NCBI GenBank assembly: GCA_964458725.1 | Contig: CAYWPB010000001.1 | Location: 10,138-74,137, forward strand | Reading direction: 5' to 3' | Length of the DNA stretch: 64,000 nt | From: an uncultured Nevskia sp. | GTDB lineage: Bacteria > Pseudomonadota > Gammaproteobacteria > Nevskiales > Nevskiaceae | In this document: positions 51,531 through 60,699 of the stretch, one piece after another | Layout of the letters: each line of letters begins with the position of its first letter | Position numbering within the stretch: position 1 is the stretch's first letter | The notes under the pieces: generated by a model | The model's input: the letters and a program-made list of their open reading frames with translations, nothing else | Database searches by the model: none | What the model was told of the DNA's origin: nothing | Translations under genes and position numbers: made by a program

Positions 51531-53015
51531 ATGAATTCTCATATTGCGACCTGGGATGGCTTCAGGAGGCCGTCATCCAGGACCAGGTTGCCGCACGACT
51601 TTGTACTGGTCCTGAAGGACTTGATGCCGCTGCTCGATCTGGTCAGCCTGATGGTGGCGGCCTATGCGAGCACCGCGCTGTATGCGGCGCTGCAAGGCCA
51701 TGCATCCGGCGCGGCGGCTCTCTGGGATGGTTACGGCAGGAATGCGCTGGCCGCCACCATTCTGGCTCCTTTGCTTCTCCACGACTCGCGCACACCTCAC
51801 CGGGCGGATCTGGACAGGCCGCCGGCGCAGCTGCGCTGGTTCATCGGGCACTATCTCGAATTCATCGGGCTGGTCCTGGCTTTGGGATTTGCGAGCCGTT
51901 CACTCGATGCCGTGCCGCGGGGCTTGATGGGACTCTGGTTTGCGGCCGGCTTTGCCATGACCCTGACCAACCGGCTGGTTCTGGCGGCGTACCTGCGCCG
52001 GCTGGAGCGCCAGGGCATCCTGAGCGAGACCGTCGCCGTGGTCGGCGCGGGCGCCGTCGCGGACCGGCTGATCCGCCATCTGCTGCAAACCAGGCCCGAG
52101 AGCGTCCGGATCGTCGGCGTGTTCGACGACAGCATTGGCGCCGCCGATGCGAAGTGCACCTTCGGCCCGACCGGAACCATCGCCGACCTGGTCGCAATGG
52201 GGCAGCAGGGGGCGATCGACTGGGTCTTGATTACGCTGCCTTGCACCGCCGAGCGCCGTGTCCAGAACCTGGTGCACACCCTCAAGAGCCTGGCCATCAC
52301 GGTGGGGCTGTGTCCGCAGAACGTCGGCTTGAGCGTGCCCTGCGACGCCATCGGCTATGTCGGGGACGGGCTACCGGTGACGCTGTTGGCGGATCGGCCG
52401 ATCAAACGTTGGAACGCCGTCGCCAAGGCGGTGGAGGATTTGCTGCTCGGTATGGTGATTACCGCGATCCTGGCGCCGCTGATGCTGCTCATCGCCATCG
52501 CGATCAGGTTCGACAGTCCCGGTCCGATCCTGTTCAAGCAGCGTCGCCACGCTTCCAACAACGTCGAGTTCGACATCTACAAGTTTCGCACCATGCGCTG
52601 GTGTCCCGAGGGCGAAAACGGCCTGTTGCAGCAGACCTGCCGCAACGATGATCGCATCACCCGGCTGGGCCGGTTCCTGCGCGCCTCGAGCCTGGACGAG
52701 TTGCCGCAGCTGTTCAACGTGCTGCGCGGGGAAATGTCGCTGGTGGGGCCGCGGCCGCATGCCGTCAACATGCGCACCGAGCAGCGTCTGGGGCATGAAA
52801 TCATCGACACCTATCCTCACCGTCACCGGGTGAAGCCGGGCATCACCGGATGGTCGCAGGTCCATGGACTGCGCGGAGCCACGGAGACCGCGGACGAACT
52901 GCGGCGGCGGGTGGAATTCGATTTGTACTACGTCGAGCATTGGTCGCTGGGACTCGATCTGACGATCCTCCTGATGACCGCCTGGGTCGTGCTTCGCGGA
53001 ACCAATGCCAGATGA
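51531..53015 (+). CDS. Undecaprenyl-phosphate glucose phosphotransferase (WcaJ/GumD/EpsB type)
   Basis: N-terminal TMs, VVGAG, K...D, DSPGPILFKQ.R, F.IYKFRTM, SLDELPQL.NVL.GEMSLVGPRP, VKPGITGW.Q, DL.Y...WS. Confidence 0.93.
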   Translation: MNSHIATWDGFRRPSSRTRLPHDFVLVLKDLMPLLDLVSLMVAAYASTALYAALQGHASGAAALWDGYGRNALAATILAPLLLHDSRTPHRADLDRPPAQLRWFIGHYLEFIGLVLALGFASRSLDAVPRGLMGLWFAAGFAMTLTNRLVLAAYLRRLERQGILSETVAVVGAGAVADRLIRHLLQTRPESVRIVGVFDDSIGAADAKCTFGPTGTIADLVAMGQQGAIDWVLITLPCTAERRVQNLVHTLKSLAITVGLCPQNVGLSVPCDAIGYVGDGLPVTLLADRPIKRWNAVAKAVEDLLLGMVITAILAPLMLLIAIAIRFDSPGPILFKQRRHASNNVEFDIYKFRTMRWCPEGENGLLQQTCRNDDRITRLGRFLRASSLDELPQLFNVLRGEMSLVGPRPHAVNMRTEQRLGHEIIDTYPHRHRVKPGITGWSQVHGLRGATETADELRRRVEFDLYYVEHWSLGLDLTILLMTAWVVLRGTNAR

Positions 53016-53093
53016 CGCGGGCCGGGCGGGTACAGGACCATTGGCCGGAATCCCCCCTAAAGCGGGGGTCTGGCAGGCGGCATCTGGTCCTTG

Positions 53094-53112
53094 TGTGTGC
53101 TACCGCACAGAC
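53094..53112 (+). promoter_or_regulatory. Crp-like box TGTGTG-CTAC-CGCACA-GAC
   Basis: Near-perfect copy of the island motif, upstream of ORF 53207. Confidence 0.7.
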
Positions 53113-53206
53113 AGGGCCGTAACACGCCCATGCAAATAGCCAAGGACGGCGTCGGGGGCATGGAACGCTGTAAAAAATACGGGAATCTGGCTGCTCAGGA
53201 GAGATC

Positions 53207-53632
53207 GTGATCAAAACGGACCTGGATCGGATTGACGCTGTTATTGCCCTTCTGGAGGGGCCCGGCATCGCGATTCTGAACGGCGAGGGCAAGGCGGTGC
53301 GGCCGGACATGACGCCCTACCAACCCACGCGGGAATGGGGCGAGGCGATGCGGCTGATGGACAAGTACATCAGCCGGCTGGTCCGGCTCAGCGACGGCTG
53401 GGCAGCCGTCGATCGCAACGGCAGGGCGCATATCGGGCCAACCGCGCTGATCGCCATCTGCGTGGCGGCCGCCGGCACCGCTGCCAATCCCGATGAACTG
53501 CTTGACGAACTGCTGCGGATGTCGAGGCCGCAACGCCGGGCCGAGAGCGTCAAGGCCAGGGCACCGCGCGGACACGGGGAAAAACATACTAGTGTGTTGG
53601 GTATCGAACATACATCCCGACGAAGTTTCTGA
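53207..53632 (+). CDS. Hypothetical protein resembling the phage NinX/DUF2591 family
   Basis: RBS AGGAG; pattern D..IA..EG ... Y.PT..W ... W.A ... GPT.LIAI. Confidence 0.55.
   Translation: MIKTDLDRIDAVIALLEGPGIAILNGEGKAVRPDMTPYQPTREWGEAMRLMDKYISRLVRLSDGWAAVDRNGRAHIGPTALIAICVAAAGTAANPDELLDELLRMSRPQRRAESVKARAPRGHGEKHTSVLGIEHTSRRSF
53595..53613 (+). promoter_or_regulatory. Crp-like box upstream of Crp paralog 2
   Basis: TGTTGG-GTAT-CGAACA-TAC followed by an AT-rich tract. Confidence 0.55.
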
Positions 53633-53706
53633 GATCGTTCGTAATACGCCCCATAAAAAAATTAAGAATCTACAAATGCTGAATAGATACATGGCTAGGG
53701 GACTGT

Positions 53707-54426
53707 ATGTGCGATCAATCACGCTACGTGGGCAATTGCCTGCTCCGGTCGATGGATGGCGCCGTTCGTAGTCGACTCCTCGAAAAATCCGAGATTGTTT
53801 CAATTCCTGCAGAGCAGGTGATCTACGAGCCGGGACGACCCCTGGCTCACGTGTACTTTCCCATCGACCTGGTTGCGTCGCTGCTGTATACCACCCGCGG
53901 CGGATCGACGTCGGAAGTCGCCATCGTCGGCAACGACGGCATGCTCGGCGTATCAGTCTGTCTGGGCGGCGACTGCACCCCGACTTATGCGGTGGTGCTC
54001 AACGCCGGATGCGCGTACCGGGTGCGGGTGCAGCTGGTGCGCGAGGAGCTGGCGCGCAACGAATCACTGCAGACGCTGCTGCTGCGCTATGTCCAGACCC
54101 TGATGACGCAGGCTTCGCTGATGGCCGCCTGCAACCGGCATCATTCCATCGACCAGCAGCTGCGGCGCCTGCTGCTGATGAGCATGGACCGGCTCGGCTC
54201 GAATCATCTTTCAATGACCCACGAGCTGATTGCCAACTGCCTCGGCGTGCGGCGCGAGGGCATCACCGAGGCGGCGCGCCGGCTGCAATCCGCGGGTGTC
54301 ATCGCCTACCACCGGGGCCAGATCCACATCCTGGACCGGAACCGCCTCGAAACCACCTGCTGCGAATGCTACTCGGTGGTGAAGAAGGAAGCGGAATTCC
54401 TGTTTCCGCTGCCGCAGGCGGCCTGA
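53707..54426 (+). CDS. Crp/Fnr family transcriptional regulator (paralog 2)
   Basis: HVYFP, VGNDGMLG, ACNRHH, LGVRREGIT, CCECY. Confidence 0.92.
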   Translation: MCDQSRYVGNCLLRSMDGAVRSRLLEKSEIVSIPAEQVIYEPGRPLAHVYFPIDLVASLLYTTRGGSTSEVAIVGNDGMLGVSVCLGGDCTPTYAVVLNAGCAYRVRVQLVREELARNESLQTLLLRYVQTLMTQASLMAACNRHHSIDQQLRRLLLMSMDRLGSNHLSMTHELIANCLGVRREGITEAARRLQSAGVIAYHRGQIHILDRNRLETTCCECYSVVKKEAEFLFPLPQAA

Positions 54427-54540
54427 CGCCGCCGGCAAGACCATGTTCGCGGCCGGGCCTGCGGTGATTCTCCAAGGGTCCGGCCATTCGGGGGCTGGTC
54501 GACATCGCCAGGATGCGGGCGTCGAACGGGCGGCCGGGGC

Positions 54541-55692
54541 ATGAAGCGCTTTGCCGAGCTGGATGGACTGCGTGGCCTGCTGGCGCTGCTCGTGGTGTTC
54601 GTGCACCTCCAGGTATACGGCACGTTCTGGCTGGTGTTGCTCATGGACTGCTTCTTCGGCCTGTCCGCGTTCGTCATCACCAGCGGCCTGCTTGAACAGG
54701 CGTCGGCAGGCGGACTGGAACAGCTGAAATCTTTTTACTGGCGACGGATCGTCCGCATCTGCCCGCCGTATTACATCCTGTTGATCGCCATCGCCGCGCT
54801 GATGCTGGCGATCAATGCCGTCGCCGCGCGCGCCAGCCTGATGGGCACGCACGCGCTGAGCTCCCTGGCGCCCTATGTGGCTTATCTCCAGTTCACCGAA
54901 CGGTTCTGGCATCACGACGAGGCGACCTCTTATCTCCATGCCGTCAGATTCCTTCCTCATACCTGGTCGCTTGCGGTGGAGGAGCAGTTCTATCTGATCT
55001 GGGGCGCCCTGTTCTGCCTGACGCGGCGGTTGTGGGTGAAGGTCGCGGCAGCCTGCTGCTTTGTCTGTATCGGCCTGGCGGCACGGGTCTCCGGTTATGT
55101 GGAATCGCCGCTGATCACCTACCACATTGATTCGTTCGGCTACGGTATCCTGGGTGCATTCTGGTATCACCGGGCCGTAGCTGCGGGCGATCCAGTTCGC
55201 GTGCGGCGCTACGGAGCGGTATTCGCCGCGATCTTCGCCCTGGCCCTCGCCGGATACTGGTGGCTGGAGGAGATTCCACAGCAGTTCTGGCGCTGGCTGC
55301 AGGCGGGAATACAGCCGCACTATTTTCAGTGGACCTCGGTCAGTGCGCTGACGTCGCCCGGCTGCGCCGCACTGGTGGCCGCCCTGGCGTGCAGCAGCGG
55401 TACCTCCGCGGTGGCGTTCCTGCGTTCCGGCATGTTTCTTTATCTCGGCAGAATCAGCTACAGCCTCTACCTGGTTCACTATCCGATCATCGATCTGCTG
55501 CTTGGGCACGCTGTCAAGCTGCTCAACGCCGGGCCTGTTGGAAACACGGTCGCGGTGCTGGTTTTGTCCATCGGTTCGGCGCACTTCCTCACCCGAGTGT
55601 CCGAATGGCTGAGCGCGCGGCTTCTCCGCAAGCGCCCTGTTCTTCGCGAGCGCGGCGTTGCGGGTGGACCGCAGCCGCTGCAGGCCGAATGA
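54541..55692 (+). CDS. Second acyltransferase-3 (OafA/YrhL) family protein
   Basis: ELDGLRG, FF.LSAFVIT, FYWRR..RI.P.YY, HTWSLAVEEQFY, LGRISYSLYL.H. Confidence 0.9.
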   Translation: MKRFAELDGLRGLLALLVVFVHLQVYGTFWLVLLMDCFFGLSAFVITSGLLEQASAGGLEQLKSFYWRRIVRICPPYYILLIAIAALMLAINAVAARASLMGTHALSSLAPYVAYLQFTERFWHHDEATSYLHAVRFLPHTWSLAVEEQFYLIWGALFCLTRRLWVKVAAACCFVCIGLAARVSGYVESPLITYHIDSFGYGILGAFWYHRAVAAGDPVRVRRYGAVFAAIFALALAGYWWLEEIPQQFWRWLQAGIQPHYFQWTSVSALTSPGCAALVAALACSSGTSAVAFLRSGMFLYLGRISYSLYLVHYPIIDLLLGHAVKLLNAGPVGNTVAVLVLSIGSAHFLTRVSEWLSARLLRKRPVLRERGVAGGPQPLQAE

Positions 55693-55756
55693 GCAGGACT
55701 CAAGACCCTGCAGTCGGTGGCGCCGCCGTGATGGCGAGGGGCCGGGGGAGCGGCTG

Positions 55757-56590
55757 ATGCCGGGCGCCGCCGGCGCCCCGCCGGGATCCTGGCTCGACGA
55801 CTACGTGCGGAGGGTCGGCGAAATCCCATTGCTCAGCCCGCAGGAAGAGCAACGGCAGGTCCACCTCCTGCGCGGTGAAGCCCACGCCATGGCGGTCAAG
55901 ATCCTGGTGCTGTCCCATCTGCGCTTCGTCGTCAACGTCGCCCGCGACTATCTCCGATACGGCCAGCCTTTCCAAGACCTGATCCAGGAAGGAAACATCG
56001 GGCTGATCAAGGCGGTCAGCTGCTTCAATCCAAAGGGAGGGGAGCGTCTGCTGTCATTTGCCATCTACTGGATCAACGCGGAGATCAGCGGTTTCGTGCT
56101 GGACAACTGGCGCATGGCCGAGTCGGGGATCAGCAAGGAGCAACGCAGGCTGTTCGTGCGGATGCGCCGGTTCAAGCGCAGCATCGCCAGGCTGACTCCG
56201 GTCGAGGTTAAGGCGGCCGCGGTGTATCTGCGGGTCCGGCAGGAGGACATCCTTCGCTTGGAGGAACGCCTCGGCAACGGTGACATTCCCTTCGACGCGG
56301 GAGCCGAAGGAGTGCGTCACCGCGATCTGCTCGACAGCGGCACCAGTGGCGACGGTGACGGCATCTCCGAGGTGGAGGACACGCAATGGTGCCAGCGCCG
56401 GGTCAACCGGCTGCTGCAGGCGTTGGCGGTTCTCGACGATCGAGCACGGGACATTGTCAGCCGACGCTGGCTGAATGCCGGGCGGAAAATGCGCCTCCAC
56501 GACCTGGCGCACGAATACCGGGTATCGGGAGAGAGGATCCGGCAGATCCAGGATCAGGCTTTCGAAACGCTCAGGGACTTGGTGGGATGA
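55757..56590 (+). CDS. RNA polymerase sigma factor, divergent RpoH (sigma32)-like paralog
   Basis: Y...V..IPLL...EE, LVLSHLRFVV.VAR.Y..YG, DLIQEGNIGL.KAV, SFA..WI.AEI..FVL.NWR, VSGERIRQI; RBS GGGAG. Confidence 0.85.
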   Translation: MPGAAGAPPGSWLDDYVRRVGEIPLLSPQEEQRQVHLLRGEAHAMAVKILVLSHLRFVVNVARDYLRYGQPFQDLIQEGNIGLIKAVSCFNPKGGERLLSFAIYWINAEISGFVLDNWRMAESGISKEQRRLFVRMRRFKRSIARLTPVEVKAAAVYLRVRQEDILRLEERLGNGDIPFDAGAEGVRHRDLLDSGTSGDGDGISEVEDTQWCQRRVNRLLQALAVLDDRARDIVSRRWLNAGRKMRLHDLAHEYRVSGERIRQIQDQAFETLRDLVG

Positions 56591-57723
56591 CGTACTGCTT
56601 CACGCTTGCCGGAGGCCTGCGCCTGCCGGCTGGCGCGGACCTGCTCGATCACCGGGCGCAGATGCTGGTACTCGTCCCTGATCGTGGTGTAGCACTCGCA
56701 GGCTTTTTGCTGCAATCCCTCGCGGTCCAGCACCACCAGGCTGCCGTGCTGAGCGCCGATCAGGCCGGCGTGCTTCAGCTTGCCGAGCGCTTCGGCGACG
56801 CCTTCGCTGCGCATGCCGAGTATTCCGGCCAGAGTATCGTGTGTGGTGTTGAGTGTCTTCGAACCGATACGATCGCTGCTCGACAGCAGCACGCGACATA
56901 GTTGCTGCTCGAGCGGATGGTGCCGGTTGCAGGCGGCGAGTTGGGCCATCTGCAGAAACAGCACCCGGATGTAGCGCAGCAACTCGTGCTGCAGCGCTCC
57001 GCTGCTGCTGAAAGCCAGCCGCAGCGAATCCACCGGTAGCCGGTAGGCGTAACCGGGAAGGCTGACCAGCGCACGCCGTGCCGCGATGTCGCTGCCGAGC
57101 AGCACCAGGGCGTCCATCATCCCTTCGCTGCCCACCGTTGCGACCTCGCTCGAGGTGCCATCGTCCAGCTGGTGCGAAATCGACAGCACACAGTCGACCG
57201 GGAAGTAGAAATACCGGATATGTTCGCCTTTCTCCCACAGGACGCGCCCTGCCGGCATCAGCGCAAGCTCGAGTTGCGGCTGCAGTGCTTTCCGCTCGCG
57301 GCCGGGCAGGGATCTGAGCAAATGGTTGCCGCGTGTTTTTCCCGCCACCATCGCGGATGCGGATTCGTCTTCGTGCTCATGGGCAGCAGACCTGGCCGTG
57401 GCACCGCGATGATGGTGCGCCGTCGGAGCCGCGCTTGTTTCCGCCTGGGGCAGGACTTTCGCAACGGGGCGATGGCTGGCATCACTGGCCCTTCGATGCG
57501 ACTGAACCAGCTGGTAGCGGGAGATCCTGCCGCGCTGTTCCACTTCCAGAACGCCGGCGTCGATCAGTATTCTCAGCCCGGTCATCAGCTCGCTGCGCCG
57601 CAAACCTGTCGATTGCCACAGGCGATAGAGCGTGCGCGAATCGAGAGGGCCGCTGCCGTGCCCGCTGTTGACAGCAATAATCCGGCGCACCGCCTGCGCC
57701 AGCGCATCATCTGAAACGATCAA
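56554..57723 (-). CDS. Crp/Fnr family regulator with N-terminal extension (paralog 3)
   Basis: C-terminal Crp domain (YFP, VGSEG, ACNRHH, LGMRSEGV, ACECY) preceded by ~130 aa containing a wHTH-like segment. Confidence 0.85.
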   Translation of the reverse strand: MIVSDDALAQAVRRIIAVNSGHGSGPLDSRTLYRLWQSTGLRRSELMTGLRILIDAGVLEVEQRGRISRYQLVQSHRRASDASHRPVAKVLPQAETSAAPTAHHHRGATARSAAHEHEDESASAMVAGKTRGNHLLRSLPGRERKALQPQLELALMPAGRVLWEKGEHIRYFYFPVDCVLSISHQLDDGTSSEVATVGSEGMMDALVLLGSDIAARRALVSLPGYAYRLPVDSLRLAFSSSGALQHELLRYIRVLFLQMAQLAACNRHHPLEQQLCRVLLSSSDRIGSKTLNTTHDTLAGILGMRSEGVAEALGKLKHAGLIGAQHGSLVVLDREGLQQKACECYTTIRDEYQHLRPVIEQVRASRQAQASGKREAVRHPTKSLSVSKA

Positions 57724-57970
57724 TTCAACCCTCTTGCTTCAATCCCGGCCGATTCGATTCGATCCGCCTTGATGATCGAGCAGGGGGCGCCCTTCAATGG
57801 GCGCATGGAAAACGGCGGTTGCGGGTTATTTTATCCAGTTTTTTCACGACGACGTCTTCGCCGTCCGAACAAAGTGCGCTGTCGTTGGCGACAAAGGGCA
57901 AAAATAAAGAACCGAGTGGCGCTTGATTTTTGTCGCCATGCCGTTGGTCCGGGAAAACGCTACCATTCAA

Positions 57971-57986
57971 CGTTGGCTACCGCACA
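57971..57986. promoter_or_regulatory. Weaker Crp-like box
   Basis: CGTTGG-CTAC-CGCACA in the divergent Crp3/GH5 intergenic region. Confidence 0.45.
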
Positions 57987-58190
57987 TAAGCAGGCGAAAC
58001 CGCGAAGGTGGCGCCGTCAACCACGCCCATCCAGCGAGGCGTCCGGTTGCGGCAGTCGAAACGGCCCCAAGGGCCCTGCCACAGGCGATACGACAAATCG
58101 GTCGTCGCCGATAAGCGGTAGCTAGAGACCGATAGACGGCGGTTGTTTTTTCAAATCGAACCGTCGGATAGCTCCAGAGACACCACTAAA

Positions 58191-58209
58191 CGTGATGTAG
58201 CGCACAGAC
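58191..58209 (+). promoter_or_regulatory. Crp-like box upstream of the GH5 gene
   Basis: CGTGAT-GTAG-CGCACA-GAC about 100 nt upstream of ATG 58308. Confidence 0.55.
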
Positions 58210-58307
58210 AGCTTTGGAATCGCCAAGGTTGGACCGTCAAATCGTTCTTCGCCTCGGGCGGCGTGCGGCTTGGCTCCAACTTTTCTGATTCTGGAGAGAG
58301 CTTGCTT

Positions 58308-60566
58308 ATGTACTTCAATCCTTTGTCGTGGGCACCGCGCGCGCCCGTCGTGGCGGCCCACGGTCCGCAATCTATGACCGCCGGCAGGAGGCTGGCCACC
58401 TGGTCGGGAGCGCTGCTGTGCACGTCCTCCCTGCTCGTTTCCACCCTGGCCCACGCCACGACCACATACCCGCAGCAGACCATCAACTCGTTTTCGCCGG
58501 CTTCCGGCGGCAGCGGCACCGTCGTCACTGTTCTCGGTTCCGGCTTCACCGGCTCCAACCAGGCCTGGGTGGGCAATGCGCACGACGGGACGGTGAAGGT
58601 GATCAGCGACAGCCAGGTGCAGGTCACGATTCCGGCTGATGCCACCACCGGGGCGATCGGCATCTTCAATCCGGCGAACGTCGCGTTCAGCCCGACGTCG
58701 TTCACCAAGACCAGCACGACCACCACCACTTATCCGCAGCAGACCATCAACTCGTTTTCGCCGGCTTCCGGCGGCAGCGGCACCGTCGTCACGGTGACCG
58801 GCTCCGGCTTCACCGGCTCCACCCAGGCCTGGGTGGGTAGCGGACACGACGCGACGGTGAAGGTCATCAGCGACACTCAGGCGCAGGTCACCGTGCCGGC
58901 CGACGCCACCACCGGGTCGATCGGGATCCTCAATCCCGCGCACACCGCGTTCAGCCCCTCGTCGTTCACCAAGACGAGCACGACCACCACCACTTATCCG
59001 CAGCAGACCATCAACTCGTTTTCGCCGGCTTCCGGCGGCAGCGGCACCGTCGTCACTGTTCTCGGTTCCGGCTTCACCGGCTCCAACCAGGCCTGGGTGG
59101 GCAATGCGCACGACGGGACGGTGAAGGTGATCAGCGACAGCCAGGTGCAGGTCACGATTCCGGCTGATGCCACCACCGGGGCGATCGGCATCTTCAATCC
59201 GGCGCACGTGGCGTTCAGTCCTTCGTCGTTCACCAAGACCACCACGACCCCGCCGGCCTCGAGCTCCAGCAGCAGCTCGAGCTCGAGCAGCAGCAGCTCT
59301 AGCTCTAGCTCTAGCTCTAGCTCCAGCAGCGGCAGCTCCAGCTCCAGCTCCAGCAGCTCCAGCTCGAGCAGCGGCAGCTCCTCCAGCTCCAGTTCCAGTT
59401 CCAGTTCCAGCAGTGGCGGCGGCAGCTCGTCCAGCAGCAGCTCGGGCGGAACCACCAGTGCGCTGGCGGTGCGCATCCAGGGCAACAAGTTCGTCAACGG
59501 CTCAGGAAAGGTCGTGCAGCTGCGCGGCGTGAACTTCAGCGGCTTCGAGTTCACGGCGATCGGCGGCTGGGATCCGTCGGACCCCTCCGGCGCACAGGCC
59601 GGGCAGGCGAACGGCCCGAACTGGACCGCGCTCAAGAGCTGGCACGTGAACACCCTGCGCATCCCGCTGAACGAGGCCTCTTGGCTGGGCTACAGCTGCA
59701 CCGACACCAGCGGCGTCGTTCACAACCCGGATCCGGGTGCGAACTACAAGTCCGCGGTGATCAACCAGGTGGCCCAGGCCAACGCCGCCGGCATCTACGT
59801 GATCATCGACCTGCACTGGGCGGCGCCCGGCACAGCCTGTCCGATGCTGCAGTCGCAGATGGCCGATGCCGATCATTCGCTCGCGTTCTGGACCAGCGTG
59901 GCCACGCAGTTCAAGAACAATCCGGCGGTGATGTTCGAGCTGTTCAACGAGCCGTTCATGAACTTCGACTTCAGCGGCGACAGCTGGTCCTACATGATGC
60001 AGGGCACCAACGGCTCCTTCAGCGGCTATCCCGCCACCAGCGGCAGCGGCAACTGGCAGGACGTGAAGAAGCCCTGGAACATCGCCAGCTTCCAGGCGAT
60101 GCTCAACGCGGTTCGCGCCACCGGCGCCACCAACGTGGTCCTTGTCGGTACGATGCAGTACACGCAGGATCTCAGCGGCTGGCTGACCTACCGGCCGACC
60201 GATCCGCAGGGGCAGATGGCTGCGACCTGGCACCCGTATCCGACCTATGGCACGACCTGGGGCACCGCCGCCTACGCACAGCCGAACTATGCGCCGGGCG
60301 TGTACACCGATGTGAAAAACATCCTGGCTGCGGGCTTCCCGGTGATCGCCACCGAGACGGGCGATCAGAATTCGCCCGGCACGGTCGGTGCGCCGCTGGT
60401 TTCGAACGTGGCCTCGTTCTGCGATCAGAACGGCGTGAGCCTGATCGGCTGGGCTTGGGACACCTGGGGCGATTCCGCCAACGTGCTGATCAAGGACGTC
60501 AACGGCACGCCGACCGATGGCTATGGCCAGTTCTTCCAGAGCTGGCTGGTCAACCACGCGCCCTGA
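58308..60566 (+). CDS. Secreted GH5 glycoside hydrolase (cellulase-like) with 3 IPT/TIG domains and a Ser-rich linker
   Basis: Signal-like LLVSTLAHA; LRGVN.SG.E, N..RIPLN, IIDLHW, FELFNEP (acid/base), H.Y, TETG (nucleophile), GWAW; RBS GGAGAG. Confidence 0.9.
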   Translation: MYFNPLSWAPRAPVVAAHGPQSMTAGRRLATWSGALLCTSSLLVSTLAHATTTYPQQTINSFSPASGGSGTVVTVLGSGFTGSNQAWVGNAHDGTVKVISDSQVQVTIPADATTGAIGIFNPANVAFSPTSFTKTSTTTTTYPQQTINSFSPASGGSGTVVTVTGSGFTGSTQAWVGSGHDATVKVISDTQAQVTVPADATTGSIGILNPAHTAFSPSSFTKTSTTTTTYPQQTINSFSPASGGSGTVVTVLGSGFTGSNQAWVGNAHDGTVKVISDSQVQVTIPADATTGAIGIFNPAHVAFSPSSFTKTTTTPPASSSSSSSSSSSSSSSSSSSSSSSSGSSSSSSSSSSSSSGSSSSSSSSSSSSSGGGSSSSSSSGGTTSALAVRIQGNKFVNGSGKVVQLRGVNFSGFEFTAIGGWDPSDPSGAQAGQANGPNWTALKSWHVNTLRIPLNEASWLGYSCTDTSGVVHNPDPGANYKSAVINQVAQANAAGIYVIIDLHWAAPGTACPMLQSQMADADHSLAFWTSVATQFKNNPAVMFELFNEPFMNFDFSGDSWSYMMQGTNGSFSGYPATSGSGNWQDVKKPWNIASFQAMLNAVRATGATNVVLVGTMQYTQDLSGWLTYRPTDPQGQMAATWHPYPTYGTTWGTAAYAQPNYAPGVYTDVKNILAAGFPVIATETGDQNSPGTVGAPLVSNVASFCDQNGVSLIGWAWDTWGDSANVLIKDVNGTPTDGYGQFFQSWLVNHAP
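58467..59250 (+). repeat. Three 264-nt tandem IPT/TIG-coding repeats
   Basis: Units start at 58467, 58731 and 58995 (YPQQTINSFSPASGGSGT...). Confidence 0.92.
59258..59443 (+). repeat. Poly-Ser/Gly low-complexity linker, including (AGCTCT)4 at 59295-59318
   Basis: AGC/TCC/TCT codon runs. Confidence 0.9.
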
Positions 60567-60616
60567 GTTTGGGGGAGTAACCCGGCCGACTCCGGTCGGC
60601 CGGGATTGAGGGACCG

Positions 60617-60652
60617 ATACGGGGGCGCCGGCTGGCGCCCCCGTATTTTTTT
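60617..60652 (+). terminator. Rho-independent terminator after the GH5 gene
   Basis: ATACGGGGGCGCC / GGCGCCCCCGTAT stem plus T-run; a second hairpin at 60581-60604. Confidence 0.85.
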
Positions 60653-60699
60653 ATAGCGACAAGCCCGCTTCGCGATGCGGGACGCGTGCAACGCCCCAG

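Noticed and set aside
58467-59250. Regularly spaced direct repeats as a possible CRISPR or mobile-element repeat
   Set aside because: 264-nt in-frame protein-domain repeats with no unique spacers and no cas genes
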